A stretch of DNA of 63,783 nt, filler included, from Calcarisporiella thermophila CBS 279.70 (GCF_041956535.1; 4 parts of 4 records of this genome joined end to end with filler, not necessarily neighbours in it), one strand, 5' to 3'. Positions 1 through 14,324 are shown, numbered from the whole stretch's first letter. Program-made: numbers and translations. The notes: generated from the letters alone by a model not told the origin.

Positions 1-75
1 GAAAAAAGAAAAAAAAAACTGAATTTTAGCTATATGATGTGTTGTTCGAGTCGAATTTCACGCTGTATTCGTCTG

Positions 76-157
76 GACAGCTTGACCGAGTGGTTAAGGT
101 GTATGACTCGAAATCATATGGGCACTGCCCGCGCAGGTTCAAATCCTGCAGCTGTCG
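76..157 (+). tRNA. tRNA-Ser (anticodon CGA), intronless, long variable arm
   Basis: Acceptor stem GACAGCT/AGCTGTC plus discriminator G; D-arm GACCGAGTGGTTAAGGT; anticodon arm ATGA-CT-CGA-AA-TCAT; variable arm GGGCACTGCCC; T-arm GCAGG-TTCAAAT-CCTGC; T-run (Pol III terminator) just downstream. Confidence 0.95.
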
Positions 158-911
158 TCACATTTCTTTTTCACTATTTTTGTCGCTCTGAGAATGAATA
201 TTTATTATTCTTTGTTCCATCTTGCCCTCAGGCCTCAACATCCTAAGGTTAATTTTGATATATGCACCCTAATTTTTATGCTTGCACTCAACATGAGTTG
301 CATTCTCGAGACGAGCATGCACACTCTCATTATTCGCGATTAAGAAACTTGTGAATGATTCTGCCTCTTGTATTTACTTCTCCAAAATTTTCTTTTCGTA
401 ACATCAACCACCCTCTACGATGTAAACAATTCTATCAAATACCATCAGGCAGTATATGAGAAATAAGTTTTCCTCTTGGGGAATGTTTACATATAAAATA
501 AATGATATATTTTTTATCAAAAGTTAAATGATATGTTGGATATTTATTTCTACTAATAATATATCTTGTCAAAAAGGCCAGCCTAAATACTGGAAAATAG
601 GAATTATTAGGAATTGATTTGAAGTAGTTCTATTAACGACTTTCATATTGCGATGGGTTGAAACAAACTCAAGCATCACGTCCATTCATTCTGACCGTGT
701 TGGTAAAGTCAATAACACGCGAGCCAGAACGCTTTATTTCTTAGAGGACTTCTGTGTATATTTCTCTCAGCTTAAATCTCCAGGAAGAATTATTAAAGGT
801 TGCCCCGGAAAGACTGCGAGAAAATTGTGACTTGCATTGGCCACAAAACGCGGACAAAATGACAAGAAATAAAAATATTTTAGATATACACCAAAAAAAA
901 TAAATTAGAGA

Positions 912-1976
912 ATGTCAGCTAATCAGTATAACAATCCTTTTGCATCTCCACTTACGACGGAGCTTGATGTGGAGATGCCACCCGAACATGTAGCAATTGA
1001 TGCGGATGATCTTGATCTCGCGACTGCCGGAGTTGCCTCAAAGCCTAATATGCAACCTGCAGTAGTTAGCGGCGTTATAGGGGCTGCGACAAGGACGGAT
1101 CCAAACGCACGATACACTACCGGTCCTGTTGCGGACACTCTCGATGAGCCTGTGACCACAACTATTGTTAGTTTGAAACCCAAGCGTCGTTGATATACTT
1201 GTTTATGTTAATTCATATTTTCTGTGCTAGATGCGCGATTTAAGAAGTATTGGCGAAAAGATTCGTCAGGTACTTCATCCAAAGGGAAGACCCGAGGTCC
1301 TGAAAGATTGTAAGTATCAATCGATATACTGTTTCGAAATCATTGGCTTAATTTCTGATTGTTAGGGGATCTATGGGGCCCATTGTTCCTTTGTCTATCA
1401 CTTGCCATGTACGCTAACAGCTATTCAAAGAATTTTCGCCATTCCGAGCTAATCTAATTCCTCTTCCATTTATTTAGAATTTTGAGCATCACTGCTCCTC
1501 CATCACAGTCCGTGCTTGTTTTCACTGGGGTTTTTGTAATAGTGTGGTGTGGTGCTGCAATTGTCACGCTTAATGCGAAGCTATTAGGAGGAGCTGTGTA
1601 ATTTCTTTTTTCTTTTCTTATCAACATCCACCTTGGTTTTGGCCTAACCATTCAATTCGTTTAGTTCCTTTTTCCAATCGGTTTGTGTACTTGGCTACTG
1701 TCTCTTCCCTCTGGTCGTCGCAGCCATTTTTTCGCTCTTCTTTTTCTCCTTCTTCATTCGACTCCCAATCGTTATTGCAACCTACGTGTGGGCCTCCTAT
1801 GGTATAGATATATTTTTGCCTTTTTCAGCTGGTAAAAATTTACCTGTATCTTCTGTGGAATAGCATCCCTCAACTTCCTCTCCGGTTCACACCTTACTAA
1901 CCGTCGCGCGCTCGCATCCTATCCTCTCTTCCTCTTTTACTTCGTTTTGGCTTGGGTTATTCTCATATCGAAATGA
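912..1976 (+). CDS. Yip1-domain Golgi membrane protein (YIPF6/Yip4-like), about 6 exons
   Basis: Spliced translation gives DTLDEPVTTTI/MRDLRSIGEKIRQVLHP, WDLWGPLFLCLSLA, VWCGAAIVTLNAKLLGG, SFFQSVCVLGYCLFPL and RRALASYPLFLFYFVLAW, all YIPF6-type motifs; GT..AG introns. Confidence 0.92.
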
Positions 1977-2140
1977 AATCATAAACATGGCTTGATTATT
2001 TTAAATGCTTGCCTTATTAATACTGTGAATTATGCTTGAAATGACTGTTGTGTTATCTTTATAGTTTTATTTCTGTTTTCTTTTTGTTACTTTTTACATA
2101 AAAGTCTTCCAATTTTACAAACGCAACATGGATATAGCCG

Positions 2141-5100
2141 TCAGTCCTTCTTTTCACCTAAAGAGGCGAAAGAGTTCGACAAAGAGGTTAAGGATAATTG
2201 TCGATTGTGTTTGCCCAGCCCGAGATTCACACTGTTTTCCTGCTTGCGAATATTCATCCCCGCCAGAACAAACTTTCGCAGGTCATTAAATCGGGCGGCC
2301 TTATTGCTAGAACCAGCACTGCTGCCCGGGGGCGGTGAGGTGGATCGATCACCCAGTTCGGACGCCGTGCCGAGTGTGAAAGCGTTTGTCGCGGCAAAGG
2401 CCAAGGACGACGGTGCCAATGACGAAGCGGGGGTGATCTGTATGGATGCCATGAGTGGGGAGCAGTCGCTGATATTGAGGCCAGATGTGCGTTGCTGAAA
2501 AGTGTCGATGAGGGATGATTGTTCGGATTTTTTCAAGCCCTTTGAAGGAAAAGAAATGGTTGTTTTAGCGGCTGATTGTTTCACGAGCCAAAACGAGCAT
2601 ATATACTTTTAACTCCAATATTTTCTGGAAATTGCCTGAATTTTTGTCTCCAATCAAATAAATATAGTTCTCCACGATACCTTCGGGGGGATCAGGGGGA
2701 GTGAGCACCACCTTCAGGAGCGTATCGATTTTGCGCATGCTACGCTCCACATGCTTCACGAACCTTTAGTTAAAGAAGTGGTTAAGGTCTATTAGTAATT
2801 TACGAATTAACCCAAGTTCGGAACTTACGTTGAGGGTGGGGGGGCGGGATTATCAGCCCCCATGGACGTCATCTCTAAGAGGGTTGTCTTCAGAGCGTGT
2901 GCATCTAAGAGCATCTGCTCAGCTCCGACCTCGGAAATGGGGCGGCATTTCATCATATTACCAAGATATTTGTTGACGAAAGACCTAGTCAAACATCCAT
3001 TCATCAATAGGGAATGGTAGGATTTATATCAAGAGGGGGATCACGATCATTACTCGACAAATTTATCGCAAAAATTACGGAAATATCGATTATTGGAAAT
3101 GGTCCTTCGAACCACCACCGCACAGCTTGAAAGTGTGCTTTGGAAAATACTCACGTAGTCGGATTGGTCACCCACAAGCTCTAGCTGAGCCCATGGGATG
3201 CGCGCCATTGCTGAGAGAGCGGGCTCGTAACACTGCTCGATACCACGGACCAGAGCGCGGATGCAAGAAGAGGCCGCCCTAATCATGCAGAAACATATTA
3301 GAAATCATTGGATGACATAAGGGATTCGTTCGACGCAGTTCTCACTCTAGGAAAACCTCTCGCTCCTTCTCTAAATCAATCTGTTCTTTATATTCATCTG
3401 ATATTTTTTGTTTGAGTTTTTCCTCCAGCTATTAATAAGAGTGAAATTAAGGTTATTGTTTCATCTATACCGTCGAAATGATATCTCACCTGAGACGTCG
3501 TGTTAAAACAGTAGTCTGCAGTATTTAACACTAGACATATGACTCTCAGCTCCTCTGGAGTAGGCGTGCGGCGCTCATCCCTCGTCAACTTCCCTATCAA
3601 GACGTCGTTCGCATATACTCGAAGCCATTTGCTAAGAGTGAGTGAGAGGTCGTAAAATGGTTTTCGGTTAGATAGTTTAGCGCAGCGCTGGATTGTTTCG
3701 CGATAGAAATAGAAGAGATCGGTGCTCGAGCTGAGAACAGACATGCTCGCGTCCTCTTCAGAGATGGGATTAATTTTATAGGATGTTATCATTTCGGCGA
3801 GTGTTCTGGCACACAAGGATAAACCAGGTTAGTCTCCTAAATTATTCAAGACAACGCCAAAAGAAAATTCCCGTACTTATCCTCCACATCCACAAATATT
3901 CCAAGATAGGGATCAAAACAAGCAGAAATGCGTTTAGTGAAGCCGTGCTCGAACTCCTCTTGAGTCTCTGTCATGACTTGTGATACATCCTACACAATGA
4001 AAGGTTAGACAAGAGGGTCACGGAACATTTTCAAAATGAGTAGCTACCATCCGAGTAAACCTTCTTGCCAGCTGATTCTCAAATTCAATTGTTAACTGCA
4101 ATGCACGGAGAAGCACTTTAACATCCATAGTCGAGGAACGGGAGAGTTGTTCCGACAAGTTTCCACTAAAGAGAATAGGAAATTCGCTGTCAAGGCAAAT
4201 GGAATACTGAGAAAGAATATCCTGGGGTCACCTTGTAATGTCACAAAACTTTTCGCACACCCTCTCCTGGATCTTCCATGACGCTGGAAATATATCCGAA
4301 TGGTCTTCGTCACAGGCTTTTAACATCCGCCTTAACCAAGCGTAGCGTCGCGAGACATTATCCAATTCGGACACCTCCTCGTTTGGTCGAAAAATGGCTT
4401 GGTAATCCTGGAGTTGCAGCTGGGAATACCAGTCCATGATCTTATTTCTAGCATGTCCAAAAAAAAGGCAGGTTACTTCATATCTATATACCCAAGATGC
4501 TGATTGTAATATTTTTAACCTTGCTTCGTCTCCCAATACGTCAACTACTAGGCATGCACTTTGTAACAAATTCTTTTTACCCTCAACTAAAGTACCATCT
4601 TTGCTGAATCTAGTCAAAAGACGCCTTATAAATAAAGGAATCATGATTTCAAAAAATTTCTAGTTACCCCTTTTCAAAATCCTCAAACGTCTGCGTTCTG
4701 AGCTCCTCTTGGATCTCATTCAAGGAGGAGAGCAGAGTGCCGATGGAAGATATATTGCGAAATGAGGTAAAATATTCGCTCAACTCGAAAACGGCCTATT
4801 ACGAAAGGAAAAATGATTACATCAAAGATCATAATTTTGCCAGTAATTTATGTTTACCTGAAGGAGCCGGCTCACTTCTTTATAGTGCTTTTGCTGCGAC
4901 ATTATTTTGAGCTGCTCGACCGCCGTTACTAATTTGAAAAGGAATATAATGAAAGCCTAACCAAGTGGCTAAATAATATTCTAAAACTAACCCAGCATCT
5001 GCAATCGTTTTATCGTTGTAATCGATATTGTTAGGTGTCGTTTTGCGTAATCTAATGCTTTGATTTCGCTCGTAATATCCTGCACCATTTGCTCTGCTCG

Positions 5101-5456
5101 ACCAGCCTTTTCCTTTATATGACCGATTCGCTGAAAGAGTTGCTATTTTGAAAGCATTGTCAGGTGAGTCGCAACGCGAGAGTTGAAAAACGTATTACCT
5201 GTATGGCATCCTGTGTATCTTTTAATTCTCCATCTTTTCCTCGATGGGCTCGGGTGTATTCACGGGTTTCTTCTTCCATCTGCACAATGCGCTCATCGAA
5301 GTCGTGCATTGCATCCTCTAGCCCAGTGAGATCGTTGGGAAAGAGCTCGTTGAGATAGTCGACTGGGTCAAATCGGATTCTATCTAGCGGGTCAGATGAA
5401 GAGAGGATACCTGGGAGAGCATCAAGGGGGTTATCTATTGATGTAGGGGTCGGCAT
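2141..5456 (-). CDS. VPS53: GARP complex subunit Vps53, multi-exon
   Basis: [16 protein letters not shown]; [15 protein letters not shown]; [19 protein letters not shown]; LNTADYC; VGDQSDYV; [14 protein letters not shown]; [16 protein letters not shown]. Confidence 0.93.
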
Positions 5457-6766
5457 GGGGGGATGGAATATAATTAAAAAATGCTACAGCTGAAAAGAGG
5501 AATATGGAATATGGAGTAGAATAGTGTGACTGCAAAATTACAGTTGAAGTAAATCCTTCTAAGTCACTTCCTCAAAATTACAAGAAGGGTACAACATATA
5601 CACTGAATAATTGATGGAAAAGCAGTAACGGGAGTGACATGATTCAGAGATGCCCTCAAATATTGATTATTATCTCTTTAAGAAGGTATTGTTGAATTAT
5701 TGTTGAATTACTATGTCCACCACGTCTGTATATTAATTTATTCTTGTTTTTGGATGCCTTTTTTTTTGTACATACAGTATATGCTTATTCTAAACTTTGG
5801 CAGAAATAGTGTCTCACGCGGTCTATATCCAAGGCTTGGAAATTATATTTCGATGGCGTAAGGGGATATATGCTGTAGGTTGTTTGGAGCTAGAGCTATA
5901 TAGAGAGCGATGGCATACTCCATATCAACTAAGGATTTAAACTGTAACTTGCTTTGGAAGGGGATCCATTCATATCAGAGCAATCATGTGCATGGTTACT
6001 GGGCGCACAAGCCTACTACGCTTAATCGTTTTCCATGGCTGCCATAGTGAGTACTCTCGTATCCTACAGCATTCGTTTCGATACCAGCGCACACCTCGAA
6101 TCCTCCTTCTATCTTTTTATGGTTTCTGGAATAATGTGTTTGCAAATACCCAACTTGATTCTTTTCCCCTTATTCCATTATGAGAACGGAGCCTTGGGCG
6201 ACTATTGTAGTCAGAACGCGTGGATTAAATACTCAACAATGCAAATCTAGAGTGGAAGGGGAGAGTTGGGGCCACGGAATTAGACTCTTTCAGGTCATCT
6301 GTGCATTATTTACTCCATATATCCAAGTGGCCGGGCTCACCGCTCGCAAAGACGATGCTGTCAAAGAGGGATCAGCCATGATATGCACCAAGAAAAAAGA
6401 GTGCAATGACGTGCTTCACTGCGGCTTATTTTGTTTCAGTTGCATTGTGTCAATTTTCAATAAACTTTGATTGCTCACATGATCTAGCTTTTTATGCAAA
6501 GGCCGTCTATTTTTCAGCAATTTCAGGAGAGGGATCGGGATTGCGAATATGTAGGCCGAACTGCTGATAGGAAGAGTCACAGTTGCTTTATCTCCTGCTC
6601 TTTTTTTATATATAATACGCTCATTTGCCGACCCATTCATTGATTTTCCTTCACGGCTCATCCGTGGATACCTCCGTTTATAGAGTCTAGAATCTCGCCT
6701 TCGCTTTTGTTTCCCTTGCTTTTGTAGATTCTTCCTCATCCTTCTCTCTCTTCTACCCCTTTCCAC

Positions 6767-8953
6767 ATGCTCTCCTCCATACTCTCACTTTATCTGATCT
6801 TCATCCACCTGACCACCGCCATCCAAGCGGGCCGCCTGCCCGTGCGAGGCTTCGGTCCCCGTCTCTCGCACAGTACCTTTGCCACGGCAATGGGTCCAGC
6901 AGCTTTCTCCTCTTCGCTTCGGGCCAACCCTCTTGAGATAGCACTGCATTTTGCCCGCGAGCAGCTGACTAATTCTGAATTTGTTGTGAAGAATTCCTAT
7001 CGTTCCAACCACAATGGTGTCACCCATGTGTATTTACGTCAGAGAATCGACGGCCTTGAAGTTGCAAACGGTGACATCAACATAAACGTGGATGGTTCTG
7101 GGCGGGTGGTGTCCTACGGTAACTCGTTCTACCCTGGGAATCGATTCGTAGAGGATTTGGAGCAGCCGGTAAGTATAATGACCTCCGCTTTGTGTCCTAT
7201 GTTTGCTTATGCCGTATTCTACGCTAGAGTAAAGGATGGTTCCATTCCGTCACGAAGATCTATCAATACGTGATTGGGATCAAACACTCGTCGAGCCGCT
7301 CACGCCTTATCTCGGCCGAGGAGGCGCTTATTTCGCTCTACGACCATCTAGGCCTAAAGCTGGACTTGTCGACGATTCAGACCCATACTATCCCTTCACT
7401 TAAAGGGGACCCGGCCATCCTCCTCTCTGCTCCCCAAGCCCTCTCTCCCATTCCAGCTCGACGCTGCTTCATTCAAACTCAGCATGGACTAGAGCGAGCA
7501 TGGGAGGTGATACCGGAGCTGGACTCCAACTGGATCCAGGGCTATGTTAGCGCACGCACCGGTGATGTATTATCGTTGGTGGATTGGGTTGCTGATGCAA
7601 GCTACAACGTCTATCCGCTTGGAGAAAACGATCCTCTCGAGGGTCCCAGGCAGCTCTTGCACGATCCTAACGACGTCATTGCCTCGCCTCTTGGCTGGCA
7701 CACACAGTACCTGCGCAACTACTCCACGACGGTTGGAAACAATGTATACGCTCACGAGAACCACGAGGGATCCAGCCGGTGGCTGAACAACTATCGACCT
7801 GAGGGGGGTGCTGCCCTACGGTTTGACTTTCCCTTGGACCTGAAAAAGGATCCAAAGACGTATCTGGATGCAGCGGTCACCAACCTATTTTACTGGAACA
7901 ATATGGTGAGCTTTTTTCTGGACAGTTGTGCTTGAATTCCCCCTCTCCTCTAACCCTGTCTTGCTCTCATTTCTAGATGCACGATCTCTCCTATCGGTAC
8001 GGGTTCAACGAGGAGGCCGGAAACTTCCAGGAGAACAACTATGGCCTTGGGGGCGAGGAGGGGGACGCGGTGATCGCAAATGCTCAAGACGGTTCCGGCT
8101 TCGATAATGCTAACTTTGCCACGCCCCCAGACGGCATGCGCGGCAAAATGCGCATGTATTTGTGGGACGAAACCGATCCATTGCGCGATGGAGACCTCGA
8201 GGCGGGGATCATCGTCCACGAATATACCCACGGAATTAGCAACCGCCTGACAGGAGGCCCCGCAAACTCGGGTTGCCTGGGGTGGGGAGAGTCCGGGGGC
8301 ATGGGCGAGGGATGGGGTGATTTCATTGCCACGATTCTCCGCATGCGGCCCGAGTTCAATAGCACCGTAGAATTTGGAATGGGCGAATATGCGAATGGTG
8401 GGCAAGGGATCCGCAAATACAAGGTAACCTTTTGGCTTTTTTTTTTTCCTATTTCCTCTCTACCAACAACCAACCCGGGGCTACTCTTGTCCTTTAGTAT
8501 TCGACGAGCAAGAAAACCAACCCTGAAACATATGGGACCATGAACAAGCCCGGCTACTGGGGAGTCCATGCCAAGGGAGCGGTGTGGGCCAACATGCTCT
8601 ACGAAGTGTACTGGAACCTCGTGGACAAACACCACTTCAACCCGGAGTGGTTCCCTCCCCCCACCACGAATGCCACCGCCGTTCGCGAGCACATCCTCGG
8701 CAGTGGCAACACACTGATGCTTCAGCTCGTGCTGGATGGGATGAAACTGCAGCCGTGTCGTCCAGAATTCACCGATGCGCGCGACGCCATCCTGCAGGCC
8801 GACAAGTTGCTGACGGGGGGCGAAAATCAATGCGAAATCTGGAAGGGTTTTGCCAAGCGCGGCCTAGGCATGGGAGCGCGTGTGGTGGGCGGAGACCCTT
8901 GGGGCGGAGGTGAGCGGGTGGAGAGCTTTAGAATTCCCCGCGGTGTTTGCTGA
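6767..8953 (+). CDS. Secreted fungalysin (peptidase M36) with FTP propeptide, 4 exons
   Basis: Signal peptide; [25 protein letters not shown] (FTP); [10 protein letters not shown]; [10 protein letters not shown]; [10 protein letters not shown]; zinc motif [11 protein letters not shown]; GMGEGWGD; GMKLQPCRP. Confidence 0.96.
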
Positions 8954-9426
8954 GGACTCTAACCAGTGACCTAGATATACAAAGTATATACGCTGATATA
9001 TTGTAAAACGGTCCATATATTTTTTTGTACAACATTTCCATGTTTCTCTTGCTTCTTCTTCATTTTTCAATAGACTTTCTCTCTCCCCCCCTCCTCCCCT
9101 TTATATTTAGAGTAGTTTGTGGCTATGTGTGTGTGCGTGTATATGTGTGCTTTAGTATGTTTTCTATTTCATACCGGAAACAGAGATATATCAAAGACTG
9201 GGATTGTTTTTTATCTTCATAGAGGCTTCCATATTTCTCCGCGGTATTATCTCCACTTTTTCCGTTGTTTAAGATAACAAATAAAAATATCAATAAAAAA
9301 GAATCATGAGAAATTCCTGTCCACCCATTCCTTCTTGATATTGAAATAAGTGAAACGATAAACATGGCAATCAAAAAATAAAAGTTAGAATCCTTTAGCT
9401 TTAAAGTTAGAGCTCAAGTCCCTGGT

Positions 9427-12238
9427 TCACAAACTCAACTTCGGAACCACCAACCGGTAGGGCTTGGTGTCTCGATGGCCCAAGTTCCGATCTTTCTCCA
9501 CACAGATGCTGACGGCGACTGACCCATCGTTGAGCGGCTCAACAGTCGCATAGTTGCGCCGATTCACAAGCTTTTGTAGCTGCTGGGGCTGGTCGTTCAC
9601 ATCGGTCGTAAATAGCTCGATCATCTCCTCAACCACGTTGGGATTGAGCTGATACTGACGCGATTGAACGTGGAGCACCTGGATCAATCCATTAGGGGGA
9701 GGGCTTCAGGATCAAAAAGAAGCCGACAAACGCGGCAGATTAGTACCAGAGCCATTAAAACAACTCCTAGTAAAATGCCCACAAAAAATAATAACTTACA
9801 CATTCACGATGCCGCTTGATACAATCTGATAGATCAAGTTGGCATCCCTTTCCTCGGGAATAGGTTGAGCGCTGCGCAACTTTCCGGCAGTGCAACAGTG
9901 GACATCGCCGGAGATGAAACTGACGCGGACTCCTCGGTCTCTGGAGAAGAGCTGAAGCTTCTCGAGGAAGCCTTTGCGCTCAGCCTGGTGAGGGCCAGCC
10001 GTCCAGTGATCTGGATGAAAATACCTAATGATATTAGGCGCCATCCAATATGGCCATCCACAATTTAGTGCTTCTCTTACCAGACAAGTCATCTAGCAAC
10101 TCTGGATCCGCATTCAACTGGTTCACAATTCCTTCGAACACCCCTGAGCGCTGGCCCGCCTTAAACACCTCCAGGTTTTTCAAAGGCGCAACCTTTTCCA
10201 TGATCGACTCGGCAAAAGAGAGCGGAGGATAGATAATCGGCACTCCCAGACAGATAAACACGTGGCGAGTGCCTCGTGGTAGCTCATTATAGAGCTTATA
10301 GAAGGTTGCATCGTAGGTAGCAGGAGAGCAAATTTGAGACTTTGTTCGCTCGCCGCGCGCATCCAGTGCAAGGAGAGCGACCTCGGGTCCGAGAGTGGTT
10401 AAAATACTATGTCCGCGACCTGCGCTGTAGAATCCGTGACGGGGCGCCAGCGCATCGGTCGTGTGATGCTGGAATAGGAGATAAAAGCGAGTGGCAATGG
10501 TACCAATAGCTAAATGTAAAAGTCGGGAATGAGCATGAATATCTGCCAACATCAAGGGGGTCGTTGGAAAGGATTCACTCACCTTTCATAACGAGAGAGT
10601 CTTGCAGCGATTCGGGATAGGATCCATACCCATCAATAATATCCTAGAGCAGCAATGGTGAGAAAGATATCAGAAACATAGGTTTTCAGGGGAGGGAGCA
10701 TAACTACTCACGTGGTCATCCCACATATTCACCGTCGGCACCTGTGCCAGCGCAGTCGCATACAATCCAGTAGAAAAGCATTTGCAATACTGGTTGAAGT
10801 AATAATCCTCTAAAGCCTTGCGCAATCTGTCTGAAACAGGGACGACTTTTTGCGCGTTCACGTCATGAACGCTCAGCCATTCCTCGCGCAGCACTGGCTC
10901 TTCGAGAATGCTATCACAGTAAAGTTGGTCGCCTCCACCGACCATGACATGGAAAGGCGACCGTGCATGCTTAGCAAAGAAGTCGTTCCACTGCATGAGA
11001 CAGGATAATACGGGTTAGTATTATTGAGAAAAAGAAAAAGAAAACAAAAACATGTATAGTACCAGAGGGTCAGCACCGCCCATACTCTCCGCTACCTCAG
11101 GCTTCACGTCAGAACTAAATCCATTGCAGCTATAGAATAGCCACCTAAAGTTCTGACCTCTGGCGGGCAAAAAGAACGCGTTCTTGGGCCCATTGTTAAT
11201 CGAGTAGCTCACACGACGCTCAATGTCAAGCAGGGGCAGCTCAAGGGCAAAGCGCCAAAAAGTCGCACCACTATACGTGTCAATGGCTTGAGCTTGCGTT
11301 TGGAACACTTGACGACCATTATCCTCGGATACGGTAAGATAGGGGGGTGCATTGGCCGGAAACCTGGAGACCAACAAAACCGAACCGACCCAGGTATTCC
11401 CTTGGCGTGTATTCTCATATCGGAGCAGAGGCCCACAAAGGACCCCTTGCGGGGGTGGATGGGAAACAGGTGGATTATAGGTTTGCGGCTGGTGTTGAGT
11501 CTGCGGGAATTGGGGCATTGGTTGATGTTGGGTGGGAGGGTGCTGCAAGCCAACCGGTGGCTGATGTGTGGCGGCAGAGGGGGGAGTGAATGGGGGGGGA
11601 GGCCGCATTCCGTAATCACTAGGCATGGTGTACGCTGGTCCAAGGGGATTCTGTCCTGGAACAGGTGCAGGGGCAAGCGACGTTGCAGGGCCAAGCGGAG
11701 ACGGCGCCGAAGGATAGCCTTGAGGAGGGCCGTATTGAGAGCTGCAGGTGTTAGTGGGATAGGCCTGTTGATATGACCCGGTAGAAGGTGGGTTGGGTTG
11801 CCGGTATCCCTCCGGATTACCATAGTGGGATGGATGCTGGGGATTCCGGGGGGGATAATCAGACCTCTGATACTCGGACCTCTGATACTCGGCCGAACTT
11901 CGCTTCTCATCTTTGTGCTTGTCCTTGTCACCGCGCTCGCATTTGCCTTTATCATCTTTTTTCTTTTCCTTTTCCTTGTCCTTATCTTTGTAGGACTTTT
12001 CGTGCTTGTCGTGCTTGTCGTGCTTGTCGTGCTTGTCGTGCTTGTCGTGCTTATCATACTTCTCGTACTTCTCATGTTTATCATACTTATCATGCTTTTC
12101 GTGCTTTTCATGTTTATCATGCTTATCCTTATCACGCTTCTCTCCCTTGTCCTTTTTTCCTTTCTTTCCGTACTCTTCGTCACTTGACGTGTCGTTCTCA
12201 CGCTCTCGGTACTTGTAAAATGATTCATGCGAAGCCAT
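9427..12238 (-). CDS. PhoD-like (PhoD_2 family) metallophosphatase with a long charged and Pro/Gln-rich N-terminus, multi-exon
   Basis: GPLLRY, FYSCNGFS, PFHVMVGGGDQLYCD, MWDDH(D), FQHHT, DARGERT, PELLDDL.DHW, SFISGDVH and YQIVSSGIVN across exons. Confidence 0.88.
12002..12125 (-). repeat. Coding 9-bp tandem repeat encoding (H/Y)(D/E)K units
   Basis: Perfect GTGCTTGTC copies from 12002, degenerating to about 12125; translates as HDKHEKHEKHDKYDK...HDKHDK. Confidence 0.9.
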
Positions 12239-12566
12239 GGTTACGGATTAGCTCTAACCCCAGACGAAAAACGAAGAAGTGGAAAATAGACCGTTCCAAA
12301 CTAAAATTAGCGTAGGCTTCTTATGCTCAAGCCCACTCAGAGATCTCCGCCACTAGATCCACGCTCAATGATTTTTCGAGAAGAAAAATTGGTCAAACGT
12401 AATCCACGGCCAAAAACAAGCTCGGACTGCGGTCGATATGATTTAAAAAAGGAAGACAATATAGAGAAAAGAAAACAATCGATTTTTTAATACAGGAGTA
12501 TAGCAATGGATATAAATAGAGGTTATCTAGAGGATGGTTCGGATTGAGATTGTTCTACACTATAAC

Positions 12567-13973
12567 TTAAGACCTCCGTAGGCGTGCACTTTGAATAGAT
12601 TCAGATCTTCCACTTGAATCGATCGTATAGTCTTGCTCCATTCCAAGGTTGCCCCCCTCTTTTTGAATATAATTGGGATAATTCCCGTGATTGCCTTGCA
12701 TTTCTATCTTGTCGTAATCATACTCGATATGTTCCGATGGATGCATTGGAACCGCCTGCCCAATATTCTTTGCCATAGTGGCGGGATCACCGTACGCGGT
12801 GTCCTCATAGGGATACCCATACTGTTCCGACGGAGGACGGAAGAAGGCGGGTTCACGCGCGTGCATGTAAGCTTCTATGGGCTCATGAGGATCCATATCT
12901 TTGTGTTTTTCTGCCATATGGCGTGGATAATTACTTTCATCGTTCGTGCTAATGTCATAGGGTGAATTAGACCCCTGAAGTGCACGACGCACCACTGGAT
13001 GAAATAAGAAGACGAAGAGGTTAAGGACGCCCGTGAGGCCGCTGAGAATATTTGCAGCCCGGAGAGTAGATTTAAAATAGGAGCCAGAACTGATCCCAGC
13101 AATATACAGCCATACTGTCACTATCTGAGCTGGCTAGAGATATCAAAGAGGCGTAAGCGATCCCGAGCCGATATAATACTATAGCGACGGAAAATGGGCT
13201 TGGCCAACCCTCGACTTACCCGAGTAATAATGATCACCACGGGGAATAGAGCATTGAATAGGACGGGCATAATGACACGCAGCTCCGCGCTCCCTGGTTT
13301 ATGCATGCTCATTTCTCGCCTCACTCGAGTTGCCACCGCGATAATGACTCCGAGGCTGTACACGATGCTTAGCGCTATCCAAAGGTCCTGTCCAAGCAAC
13401 TCAAAGAGAAGGCGTTGGAGGAAAGTCCAACTGTCTTTGAAATAGTGCTGTATAGTTGATGTATATTCAGTAAGAAAAATGGATTCAGGCCAGCCAATAT
13501 ATGTAATTAGGACCTACTCTTTTTTCTTCCCAGCTTATGGAGCCCATAGCAAGTGCTGGAATAGTAATTATGATTGCGGAGAAAGTCGACAGGGGGAAAT
13601 ACGAATGCTGCATCCATTTTGCATCCGTTTTCAGCAAAAATGTAAAATGCAAATCAAGGGCAATGCACACCGTCAAGAATGCATGCCACAATGGGAACGA
13701 GAATTTCGACCAGAAAAAGATACGGACGAGCCACGGATAATTTACCAAATGACGGCCAAATGTCGAGTGTAAAGAGCGGAGGATGAAGAAGACAGCCCGG
13801 AGCAATTCAGCAAGTCCTATCCAGAGGGAGAGGTAGACGGAGGGTGTTTTCGCCGTTTCGGGTTTGCGATTGCACAAGTAGAGAACCAGTATAATCATGG
13901 TCAGGGCACATAGAATGGAGAGGCCATTGACGATGGCATCCGGGACAGTAAGTTGCGCCATTGCGCATAGCAA
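12567..13973 (-). CDS. Seven-TM GPCR-like protein (Git3/cAMP-receptor-like), 3 exons
   Basis: About seven hydrophobic segments; TPSVYLSLWIGLAE, LTVCIALDLH, LSGLTGVLNLFVFLFHP.VR, then a hydrophilic tail. True start may be MAQL at about 13961. Confidence 0.72.
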
Positions 13974-14324
13974 TGTTGGGATGGAACGGAAGGGGAAGAG
14001 AGAGCGGAGGCTACTTTTTGGTGCAAGTTATTCATAGCCTCTGCTAAAGCCCCTTACTATCTGCGGCCTCTATCCGCGCAATGGCAACGATTGGCCCAAA
14101 GAAGAGTAAGCAATAAAAATAGAGTTTTTCTTAGAATTAGGACAGTTATTAGATCCTTTAATCAATCCAAGCTCTAGGCAACAGCGGAAAATATATTTTT
14201 GATCCCTCTCAGTACCTAAGAGGACTAGCATGAAAATTGAAATCCCGTGAAATGGATATAAGAGAATGCGACAAGTTGTCATGCATGGATGGGATGGGTT
14301 GAGAAACAGATAGGGGTGTGCCCC

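Noticed and set aside
5986-6470. Short hydrophobic ORFs upstream of fungalysin
   Set aside because: No recognisable motif or consistent splice structure.
7950-8830. Antisense ORFs of 151 and 248 aa
   Set aside because: Shadows of the GC-rich fungalysin exons with no independent motifs.
11209-12315. Several long overlapping ORFs (poly-STT, poly-RAC, poly-VVL, poly-SCL)
   Set aside because: Alternative-frame shadows of the HDK repeat and Pro-rich exon.
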